This document shows positions 1-11,900 of a stretch of 64,000 nucleotides of DNA, piece after piece. Positions within the stretch are counted from its first letter, which is position 1. Each line of letters starts with the position of its first letter. A program made the position numbers and the translations under genes. Location: contig NC_087251.1 of NCBI RefSeq assembly GCF_037042905.1, positions 6,016,001 to 6,080,000 of the forward strand, written 5' to 3'. The notes under the pieces were generated by a model. That model did not search any database, was not told the DNA's origin, and worked only from the letters and a program-made list of their open reading frames with translations. The DNA is from Lytechinus pictus (Eukaryota).

Positions 1-900
1 GTCAAAACGTATCAGCTAGCGCTGCATGCTCGCATTTTGATTGGCGAGTTATGTTTGTGTCAGTATTGATTACACAACAAACTACTTAAAATCACCTTTT
101 CATGACAGTTTATCAAAAAATTTGGCTTGCGATTTGCACTCGCATTAATTCCGCTCCCTCATTATGCATTAATAAATTAGATATCAAATAAATTGTCCCT
201 TTTGTTTCATCTCGCGCTTAGCAAGAGGAATAGAAAAATAGTCATCATTTTCATATGATGACATGTCCTGAGGATGTCCCGGTCCTATGTCAAAACTAAA
301 AAAAAATAATAATGATGAAAAATATCAGCCCTTTATTATATGCAATCCATATCCACCTCACAATTTTCCTACAAAGTGCTTGAAATATAGAGCTGAAATT
401 GACCCTTTTATAGATCGGAATATCAAATATTTAATGTTCGCGCTTCGCGCTCGCTTTGATTTTCATGATAAAAGATGTATTTAGAATGCCTAGATTCTTG
501 GATTAAATCTGAAACACACGCGTGCATCTGCTTGCGCTTTGTGCTCGCATTATTAATGTAGGAAGATCCCCTATTACTCACCTTTTCATGATTTACAAAT
601 CATATATAGAGTGTCCCGTTTTTTAGGTCTAAATCTCGAAGTTTTCAGCTAGCGCTTCGCGCTTGCATTATTTGATTGTTGAAATATTTAACTTCTTCAT
701 GGCTAAGTGCAAACAGTCCTTATATCAGGTAGGGCCTACCTTTTCGATTAGTTTAAAACGTATATAAAAATTTTCTGCTCGCGCTCGCATTATTAATGTA
801 AGGAAGATCCCATATTACTCATCCTTTTCATTATTTACAAAACATGAATAGAGTGTCTCGTTTTTAGGTCTAAATCTCGAAATTTTCGGCTCGCGCTTCG
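1..900. repeat. Dispersed repeat family rich in CGCGCTTCGCGCTCGC motifs (further copies at 34600-35100 and 40080-46300)
   Basis: 1-760 is collinear with 41115-41990 (e.g. AAAATATCAGC..TTTAT..CCACCT.ACAATTTTCCTACAAAGTG); internal ~190-bp sub-repeats; no credible ORF. Confidence 0.8.
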
Positions 901-1305
901 CATGACAGCAATAGAAACATTACAAGAGAAATGTAAAATTGAGCACCAGCCAAATAGATAAATAGATATATACTTACGCCGCTTGTTAGTATATATCTCT
1001 ATAGTTTAACCCTAGTCTAATCTAGAATTTTAAACCAATCTATGAGATCTGGCTTCATAATACTTCTTTATTTTAGGAATGATAAATTATCACTTAATTC
1101 ATTAAAATGCATTATATTTTTGTATATATTCTTCCCATTTCACGACCCGATTGATTTTTTTAAACTTAATACAGTAGGAAAGGAACAATTTTCCGACTCC
1201 AAGTTGAGCATGGAAACAGCTGTAAAAGGGATTTTTAAAAAAGGTTTCAGGGTGGCTTTTTGAAGGATCATTCATATACAGAACAAATGAGCCTCCTTCT
1301 TTAAC

Positions 1306-2164
1306 ACAAGTGGAATGCCTCTGGCTGTCTCACCTGCATCACGCGATTCAATATAGCAGCAGTGCTGACTTTGAAAACTACTATAAAATAATTATTCACA
1401 AAAAACACCATTCATATGATGATACAATACTATACGTTCATTGACATTTGACCTTGATCATGTGACCTAAAACTTGTCAGTGATACTTGATTACCCCTAT
1501 ATCCACATTCTATACACTATATCTACATTGTATAAACTTTGAAAGTTATGACAGCAATCTAATAATTACCTCTAAAATGGCCAAAGTTCAATGACCTTAA
1601 ATGACCTTTGACTTTGGTCGTGTGACCTGAAACTCGCATGAGATGTTCAGTCATACGTGATGACTCTCATGTCCAAGTTTTATGAACTAGACCAATATAC
1701 TTACAAGACTTATGATGGTTATTCAACTACTACCCCCAACATGGCCAAAGTCCATTGACCATTGACCTTGGTCAAGTGACCTGAAACTCGCACAAGATGT
1801 TCAGTGATACTTGATTACTCTTATGGCCAAGTTTCATGAATCAGATCCATAAACATTCAAAGTTATGACGGTAATTCCACAGATACCCCATTATGGCCAA
1901 AGTTCATTGACCTTTAACGTTGGTCACGTGACCTGAAATTCGCACAGGATGTTCAGTGATACTTGATTACTCTTCTGTCCAAGTTTTATGAACTAGACCA
2001 ATAAACTTTCAAAGTTATGATGGTAATTCAACAAATACCCCCAATTTGGCCAAAGTTAATTGACCATAAATGACCTTTGACCTTAATCATGTGACCTGAA
2101 ACTTGCACAGGATGTTCAGTGATACTTGATTACTATTATGTCAAAGTTTCATGAACTAGGTCCA
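1306..2164 (-). mobile_element. Helentron/HINE (DINE-like) non-autonomous element, truncated copy
   Basis: Starts ACAAGTGGAATGCCTCTGGCTGTCTCACCTGCAT like the copies at 13708, 21810 and 25986; ~128-bp tandem units containing TGACCTTTGACCTTGGTCATGTGACC; other terminus missing. Confidence 0.75.
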
Positions 2165-4579
2165 GCCCAGTGGCCCCAGCACCCCCTCCTGTCTTATTAG
2201 TGTTAAGTTCCAACTTGGTTTTCTGCCTCACAAACCAGAAAGTTCATAGAACTTGCACATTTCTCAAACACAGTTTGTTACGACTGTAAATTATGCCATC
2301 TGCTTGTCAAAGAGTTATTTTGGCTCATAACGACCATTCTTCATAATGAATCCAAAGAAATTCATATTTATTCTTAGACACAACAGTCATGTAGTCAAAA
2401 GAACAGTGACACACTTCTGTTGTATTATGAATAGGGACCACTGCCACTAAAAACGAATAAAATCCTATTCATCTGGCTAATTGTGAATAGCAGTCCTATT
2501 AATAAATAGGTAACAGGATCAAGAATAATTACCCACATATATAGTAGTCCTTTTGAATAGAATTCCTAATGAATATTGGTCCTATAATTAGACACATTTG
2601 TGAATATTTGATCCTATATTAGAAAGTAGAAAACTGTCTAGAATGAGAGTGAAATAAACTACAATGTTACCAAAGAAATTATCACTACTGCATTCAAAAA
2701 AATGTTGCTACAACAGACTCGTACACATTCACACCCCAACAAAAAACCTTGCAGAAGTTTTGTGTAACCATATTTGACTGAATAAAATGACACAGATTGC
2801 ATGCGTATTCTATTTTAACTGAAAATATTTCTGAAAGGAACAAAAGGAAACATGAACATTACTGTTTGCAATTTATACAAAAATTTATTCATAATGGAAA
2901 GTCTCTCATCACATTGTTAATAGCATACGTTATCAGCATAGTATGAATCAAATTCAAGTACAAGTCATGAACCATACTTTAAGTAAACATATCTCTGGGC
3001 ATTTTTCACAGTTAAGGGTGCATTCAGTTGTAACATGATTTCCAGATTTTCAAAGTAAAGTAAATATGGACTATAATATCAAAATAATGTTCAGAGGCGA
3101 TTACATTATGTTTGCATAATTCAAATTATCACCTATATCAAGCAGTATTCAGATCGAATTATGCAAAACCCATTGTTATTTATCTATTTTAAATGAGAAT
3201 CAACTTCTCAAAGTTACCCATGTTTCACCTTTTACTACAATTTAGGAATTACTGACAAAATGTAATTGCTCTAATTATAAAGCATTCAAAACATTGTAGA
3301 ATTTGCATCAAATATTTTTTTCAGTTACATGTGTACATTTACTATTTACGCATATCTCTTTGTAATTGGCTTTTTTTGCAACGCGAACCCGTAGTCTTCA
3401 CATATGCAGATTTAGTGCTATACTCAACTTGACTAATCATCTCCTGAACTTTTAGTCCAAACACAAAAATGAAAGTAAATTTACTTTATTCATATTGGCA
3501 CATTCAAGCTAACTGAATTTGTTTCCTTCAATTTTTCTTTTTGGTGGAAATGTATAAATGAATATTGCTGAAGTTACTTGTATAAAATTACTTGATATCG
3601 AAGTTGCACCTGTATAAATCAAACATGTATCAAATCAACATACCCATTTAATGAGGAAAACAAATATTTTGACTAGAAATCTGAGCTTCTTCTCTCTCCC
3701 TTTCTATCTTTTAACACTTTCCGATTTCATTGCATTATATTCTCTCCAAAATATTCCTTTTCCTTTTTTTCAGTTTATATTAGATCCAAGTGTATAAATG
3801 AAATTCAAGCAATCTCACAAATCACATCTCTAATAACCATTAACACTTCTGCAGAGATTATGACCCACCCCCATGTGCTTCATTTGGCAACTTAGGTCAA
3901 GAAAGAGGGAGGGCATTGTAACATATTTGATGAGAAAAACATTTAATAGAACATACCATTTTACAAAACAGAACATGTATCAAGGTAATGTAATTACGCC
4001 CCTTTGATTGATCTGCTCAATCAACTGTGGACATAATAGATCTTACATTCACTCCTGTTAAACAATTCAATTCACACTGTACCATATAACTTTTAAAAAA
4101 AATCTTATTGAAGTACATTCTTCAAATTTACTTGATATCCAAAGTATATAAATACCTATGACTCTATCTACAATATTCAGGCCAAGGATTGAGGTTCGAT
4201 TACCTTGAAGCATGTTGTATTTATTAAAATGTCATGTTCTGTAAATTATTTTTGCCTCCAACTTCAAGCTAGTATCATGTCATTCTTTTGGTAGTGTAAG
4301 ATATGTATGTCAAAGAATGTTGATTTGTTGGGGTTTTGTTTTAACTGCCCATTGGTAGTTAAGAGAAATGGCCTCATATTCCTATTATGCTTGTGGAGGT
4401 GGTAGTACCAAATGATGACCATTGGAATGGGCAAATGGGCAAACTGACCAAAACCATTGAGTATTTTGTGGCTAATCATCACCATCAATAATACATGCCT
4501 TTTATTTATCGAAAACGAAAGAGCAAGGGAATGCTTCACATCCTGGTAAAACAAAGAAATTAATATGAAACCTGGTGGA

Positions 4580-4736
4580 TGTTTCATAAAGCTGTTCGTA
4601 AGTTACAAGCGACTTTGCGAACCACTAGTGACCCTTTTTTATGAACTAAATCAACACCTATGAAAATATGGTGTATATCACTTACCAAAAAGGTCACCAC
4701 CAGTCATTTGTAACTTACAAAGAGCTTTGTGAAACA
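4580..4736. mobile_element. Small degraded inverted-repeat MITE
   Basis: TGTTTCATAAAGCT..GTAAGTTACAA is mirrored by TTGTAACTTAC..AGCTTTGTGAAACA. Confidence 0.5.
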
Positions 4737-5826
4737 AACTACATCAATATGCATGAGATGATGGCAACACTGGATAACTGCATTTATGGAATATTTCACA
4801 TTAAAAGTTCATTGTATAGTAATAAAAAGTAAACCTTACATTATTTTACTTTTAGGTGAAAGAAATAAGAGAATGAAAATTGAATTGGTGAAACATTTAT
4901 ACTTTCCCATATGAACTTTCCAAAAAAAAAAATAGCAAAACATAATTGAAAGATTCATAAATTTGGCAGAATACCTACAGGAAGACAAAAATATTTTGTG
5001 TAATAAACCTCTGGAAATATATACAATATCCAAGTTCCGATAGAAAAAGAAGGTGTTATCGCATGCATGTGCGTGTGTGTGTCAGGGTAAGGGGTTTTTA
5101 TAACACATATCAGATGCACTTACTGAAATTGTCGCTCTAAAATGTTAATGCTGTAAGTTGTCCCCCCCCCCCAAAAAAAAAAAAAAAATGAAATTCTGAT
5201 AAAATAATAACTTATCTCTATAACAGATCATTATTAGTATTAACCTGCAATATAAGAACTCTGTGATATCAATAACATTGTTGAGATTGTGTTCATTTTC
5301 TTTTTCACTGCTTTATGTCAAGCCCCTATCTCAGCAGACATATTTATCAACCAAACATGAATTACTAACACAGAGTCTGAACTAGACAGCATTGTTTCAG
5401 TATGATCACCAAAAGAGAGGAATTTCCCTCTCTTTGAATCAGTTTCACATATTTTTTTTCTTTCATACAGCAAAAGCAAAGCAATTTATGCATAAAGCTT
5501 TATTTTCTACACTTAAAAAAAAGAGTGTTGGATTACTTCATGTATGAATGAACCTTCCTTTACATGGGATACAGATTCCAGTACTGATAGTATGTGAGCC
5601 ATTCAAATTACATGTGAGTCCATTAAGCAACAATGCTGATTACAAATGCCTTGATATATGAAAATCATGTATGGTGCAATACTCCTACTGTCTGTATGTT
5701 ACAATGCATTGATTGGCAAAGATAAAAACAAATCTCTTTGACTTTTCTTGAATTGAGTAGTCATATATATTTTCTCAATATATTTGTTCAAATAAAAAAT
5801 TACACTCCATCCAAGAGAGGGCACTT

Positions 5827-5943
5827 TCATGTTTCGTCATCGTCATCAACTTCCTCTTCATCCTCTTCACTATCCGAATCATCTACCTGATCGTCTTGCT
5901 GTACTTCCATTTCTGAGGATTCTGAAAGCTCATCCCATTCACC
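5827..5943 (-). CDS. WDR43: WDR43 exon 16 ([10 protein letters not shown]...DDDDET*)
   Basis: Acceptor TTTTTCAG; acidic tail; TGA at 5829-5827. Confidence 0.88.
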   Translation of the reverse strand, partial: GEWDELSESSEMEVQQDDQVDDSDSEEDEEEVDDDDET

Positions 5944-8900
5944 CTGAAAAAAATGAAGAAATAAAAAGCTATCTAAATCACAAACTTTAACTCTGAAGAA
6001 TATACATAAGCTTTGTCCATTTCAATACTCTTAGAATTCCCTGACTTTCCAGAGTTTAAAACATGAATTATTTCTAGTTTTTATTTTGATGATTTCAATG
6101 AAGCATGTATGTGGAACACTGCATAGCAAAGTATCACACACAGAGAACAACAGAATGTGTGTAAATCATCAAATCATCTTGAAGTTCTCTCCTATGACTT
6201 TGCAGAAACAACTTATTATAAATATTCTGACCTGTATCAACTTACAAACTAAACTTTTTCAAGATCAAGTCAGTTCATTATAAAATTTATTTCACAGAAC
6301 AATGCTCATGAAAATAGTACTCTGTTAAAGGTATTGTTTAACTTTGTGAGCAGCCGATTTAAAAAATTCTCAAACCAAGATGAAACATGTGTACAAGTGC
6401 ATGTATTAGAACTAATAAACCCTGAAAACAACCATTATTGAGAATGAAAAGCTAAAACTACAAGGCAAACCCCAATTTTGTAAATAGGCGTCTTATAGAC
6501 GCCTAAATAGTACACATAAGTGTATGGGATGAAATTAAGATGGTGTTTTCTGTCACTTCATTTTTCAATTTTTGAAGCACTAAATAATTATTTTCGAACG
6601 CAATTTTTTCTGGGCTTCATTTTTGTAACATATCACAGACACAGGTGACAAGTGTGACCTTCTAGCTCAGATTTTTTAAAAGTCAAACCAATGTTAACCA
6701 ATCACTTTAATCATTATTGTTGTTCACAAAGAAGAACGTTGCATCTCCCAAGTTCTTTTTAGACAGTTAAATCGGAAAATAAACAATAATTACATTTTAT
6801 GGTCATTTGAAAAACTGGAGGACTGTTAGAGAATAGATCAGATTAAAAGTAAATTCTAACCTCTGATTCTGAGTGGATAGCAAGTCCATCCTCCATAAGG
6901 TCTAACTCATCTGAAGATTCTATTTAAAAGAAAAAAAGGTAAATGCATCATCATTTAAGCAGAGATTTATCTGTAATAGAAAAAAATCAAACAAGCATGA
7001 ATATCACACAAATCTAAATTAGTTGGACTACCACAAAAGTATAATTCTTTCACTTTGATGAATGAGTTACTGAGAAGAATTCAGAACAATATTTAAATTG
7101 CAATTAGAGACAAATTGTACATTGTAATGTAATAAATCTATGAATCTTTGCAATCACCCCATATTTCATCATTATTACACAACATATCAACATTATTTTA
7201 TTGTCATCACTGTTAAATTTTCATCTCAAGATAACTTTTTTAGAAACGACATCATACACGTGATCACAATGTTTTCAACAAACAATAAAATTCACATTAT
7301 CTCACTGCTAATATAAGACTACTCACCATCTTCATAGAGCATCAGTGCTTGATCTGTATGGCTGGCCTCTGCAGTGTCGTCTTGTGATGATATCTGAAAA
7401 AATCGACAAAGAATTTTACACCAAAACCTACTCAACTACAGGTCATTAATCACATTCTCAGACAAAATACTTTCAGGAGCTTGTTTACAGGTTACAAACG
7501 CCATTGGAATGTTTTATCTTTCAATTCTGGATAATATAGGGAGTCAATCTATATTATAACATATTGCAACTATAACCTATAGCTCCAAATTTTCGAAGTA
7601 CAGATACGTGTTTAACAATTAACTACAAGAATACATTCCGTACAGCGTTATCATGATGAAGGTGTCAAGTACACAATCATGAAGAAAATAATGTTGACTT
7701 GAAACATACTGGTTATATTCAAACTAACAATATATATTCTTCTACATTGCACTAATTTTTTTATTTGGTACTCACAAAGTTCAAATAAATGTTGAGCTAT
7801 ATAAAATATCCTCCTCCTCAAACTAGGTTTAATGCCATAAATGTTTAAATTAAACTCACTGCATAAACGTTTATAAAAGTGCTAAATTTACCTGAGCCAA
7901 CATGAGGTCCAATTTGCCATGTAGCCTACCAAGTTTGCCACCATTGCTTGTTCTTGTATTAATGGTCTCATAAATATGACTTAATCTCAGCATTAGTTCA
8001 GGACAGGTCATGAGATAGGACGCCCTCTCTCGTAAAACTTCTTTTGTCCAGTGGGCAATTACCAAACCGCTGAAGTAAAAATTGACAAGAATATGCTACA
8101 TTACATAATCAGGTAAATCAGGTTTTAAAGCACAGCTGGTTGCTCAACCTTTCGGCATGTATAACTCTTTATTTCATCCATATTTACTTCACATCACAGA
8201 CTGTTCAATCCATGACAATTTGTGAAAAATGCACTTTTCATATTCAGGAAGGTCCCTCAATATGTCAAGGCCTGTTTTCTTCAACTATTCACCTTTAACT
8301 TCAAAAATTTTCTTCTATGAAAATTAAAACTGAAAACAAAAACTTAACATTTTATGCTCAATGTTATTAATCTTATGAAACCTTTTCTGCAACACAATTT
8401 GATAAATTGGCTTGGTATGACGTATGATGCTATACCTTTGCGGAGCAGTGTTCATTCTTCTGGCTAGCTCTTGAACAAGGGGTACAATGAGAGGTACTGG
8501 TAGTCTCTTTATCGTGTTGGCAACTACTTTAGCTCTGTCCTGCTTCAGTACTCGCTACAGAAAAGAAATGGGAGAAACAAACTTGTATGAGAAATGCTGA
8601 AAATCTATCATCATGATCAAGAACATGGAAAAATATAGGCAATAATATAAAGCACATGGTAAAAGAGTAACAAACATTTAAACAAATTTTGTGAGTCACA
8701 AAGGGGACTACATCCTCGCATGTTGCCAAATGGTAATTCCTATTTCATTCTCAAAAGTTGAAGTGCCCTATGAAATGCCATGATGTAGAACTCTACTTAG
8801 TCTGTCAATAGCGTGGTGAAGGCTAGGACAGGTGGAGATGGTTCTTGGGTTTAGTCTACCTCCGTTTGTTACACGGCTGTCATGTTGTACATATATACAA

Positions 8901-11900
8901 TCACAGATATGTATCTGAATGGAGGATATTTTTTCCCACAATAATGCTCATCTTTCAAAAAAACCTTATCTGAAAAACTCAAAGGGTTTCACACTGTCAA
9001 CATATTGAATGAATCGCTACAAAATTAAGGCCAAAAGGGTTATTCATATTATTGGGTTACAATGTAAGATCGACCATTATTGCCATAGAACATTGTAAAT
9101 TTCTGCCTCACAAAATAATAAAAAATAGGTGAAATTAATTTGAATTATTTCACTAAAAAGAAACAGAAGTAGAATATTAGATAATCAGTTGTATGGATCC
9201 CTTCATGGATACATGAGTATAGTGTTTTAATCAATTTATGCCAATAATGAATTAACTAGTTTATCAAATATAATTTGTATTATTCAAATGAATATTAACC
9301 CTATTCTACCTGGGCTCTTACAGACCAGGGCCCTGTCTTACATAAGAGTTACGATTGATCCAATCAATCATAACAGTGTCACAATTTTTTCAATAGAAAA
9401 TTTGCACAATGTCCTTTGTAAACAAAGAGCAGCACAGTGAATTTTCAAGAAAACAATGAATGCATTAATATACATCATAGTTAGAAAATCTTTTGAACAA
9501 ACATGTATAATAGATGTTGATGTTGCTGGCCGTCCATAGTTGCGATTGATCGGATCGATCGTAGCGATTGATCGGATCGATCGTAGCGATTGATCAGATC
9601 GATCGTAGCGATTGATCGGATCGCTCATAGCGATTGAACGGATCAATCATAGCTCTTTGTAAGACGGGGCCCAGGATATACAGGGAGGGGGGGGGGGGTC
9701 AATTTGCCCCCCCCCCTCAGATCTCGGCTGCTGATTGCGCATTCGCCACCAAAATTTGAAAAAAATTGTTTTTGTTTTTTTATTAATTATGCAAATAAGC
9801 ATATGAAATTTGCCCTAAATTTGTTTTTTGTGTATGTTTTTGCCTTTAATTCAATTTATATAGCTAGTAGAATGCTAATTTTCGGTGAGAGTATCACTTT
9901 TTACATTTCTAACAAACATCGAAAAAAATTGCAAAAATATAATTAATTTCTTATGTATTTTAACCCTAATTCTCCCGGGGGGGGGGCCATTATGGCCCCC
10001 CCCCCTCGACAATTTTCGCGATATATCTGCTGCGCACATTTTTTTGACCTCGCCGCTCACTGACTTTTTACTTTCAAGTCTCGCGCAAATTTTGAGACCA
10101 AATTTGTGACGCCCGGGTACGTGGTTACGACATTACGCAACATTATGTAAGTGCATGTCAGACCCAAAATTGCTCATAAACGTGATTTCATGTACAAATC
10201 CAATGCAAATTGTGTATTTGGCCAAAATTCATAAATGTATCATTATTTCTACTTTTAATGATTAAACTTAATTAATTTTGCCTTGTTTATGATCAGAATT
10301 AAGTCTGGAACTATTTCCATCGAAAAAACAATAAAAAACAAAAAGGAAAAAAACAAAGAAATACATAAGAAATTTAAAAAACAATAAAATACATAAGAAA
10401 TCGGTCTTTGTACCAGAATTTTTTTCATTCACAATTGTTAGGAATGCTATAAAGAATATTTTCACCAATAAATAGCATTCTAGGAGCTTTATTTAGTGAA
10501 TCAGAGCAAAAAGTATGATTTCATGAATAAATTAGCATAATTAATTCATATAAAATAAAAATATATGAATTCAGTGAAATATACCAATGCAACTGCGTAG
10601 ATTACGTCATTCTCTACCATCATGCAAATTTTCGTTGTGATCGCGCAATCCACGGCTGAGATCTTAAGGGGGGGCCATAATGGCCCCCCCCCCGGGAATG
10701 ACAAGAATCAAAATACCCCGGGAGATTGAGGGTTAATGTTTTTAAATTCTTATGTATTCCTTGGTTTTTTATTGTCTTTTCCAATGAACTTTGTTGGGGA
10801 CCCTTTTGCGATCACAAATAGCATAAAATAAATCCATTTGAACCAACAAAAGTAAAAATAATCATACATTTATGATTTTTTGTTGAATAACACAATTTTC
10901 ATCGACTTTGTACTCGGAATCATGTTTTTTGAGCAATTTTGAGTCTGACATGCACTTATAAAATGTTGCGCAATTTCAGATCCGTATACCCGGGCGTCGC
11001 AAATTAGGTCTCAAAAGATGCGCAAGACTTGGAAGTAAAAAGTCAGCGAGCGGCATGGTCAAAAAGTTTCATGCAACGCCGTTGTGACAAAATTTGTCGA
11101 GGGACGAGGGGTCAAATTAACCGCCCCCCCCTGTTTATTAAGGGTTAAACCTAATCTTCAAGAAATCAACATGGTGCTTCAAATATACTATTTACTATCA
11201 TTTCAACCCTTACTCTCAGATAAAAAAAGATAGATACATCTTCATAATGAGAGGTATTTCCTTGCAACAGGTTAAAAGTCAAGAAATGTTTTCATCTTAC
11301 ATCTAGTAGTTCCCTGTCCTGACTCTGAAGTCCTTGTGATAGTAATGTAACCATGACATCAGCACGTGGAGGTTGACTTTTATCAATGTCTGGTCTAGCT
11401 TGAGCAATACTAAGGGCATTCAATCTGTCTTCCATACTTAGCTGCATAAAAAGAGAAATGGGACAAATATACTGCATTTCAGAAATTCCTCTATAGAATT
11501 CAACAACTTTTAGCAAATAGATGTCCTGGAAAATGGCAAACCAAATAATTGCTGTACTTGGCCTTTCAATACACCCAAAACAAAGTGATATTATTATCAA
11601 TTTTAAAATCTCTCTATATTAAAGTTAATATGTAAATAAGCCTGTAAATCATTGAATGAATCAATAATGAAAAGGAAAAAAAAATGACGAAGAATTGTTT
11701 CCAAAGCCAAACCTAACCCGAAATAGTCATTGCCGCCCGATCATTGAAGTGCACGTGAAATGGCTCTTGCAATATAGACATGCCATGATGTAGAACTCTA
11801 CTTAGTCTGTCAATAGCGTGGTGAAGGCTAGGACAGGTGGAGATGGTTCTTGGGTTTAGTCTACCTCCATTTGTTACACGGCTGTCATGTTGTACATATA

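Larger units (their letters stand above)
9299..11144. mobile_element. piggyBac-like MITE (CCCT...AGGG, TTAA TSD) carrying two nested inserts
   Basis: TTAA|CCCT at 9295-9302 and AGGG|TTAA at 11141-11148; related to 9964-10732 and 20279-21172. Confidence 0.7.

Noticed and set aside
1440..2160. CRISPR-like appearance of the regularly spaced TGACC repeats (also the 22-bp repeats at 9542-9650)
   Set aside because: Whole units are homologous tandem repeats with no unique spacers, no cas genes, eukaryotic context
4264..4587. 107-aa minus-strand ORF downstream of WDR43
   Set aside because: No recognisable domain, starts inside a MITE, no supporting splice structure
8778..8922. Plus-strand C/D-like reading of the duplicated element (ATGATGT...CTGA)
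   Set aside because: Antisense to the host, imperfect box C; the minus strand gives a full H/ACA fold with a matching rRNA pocket
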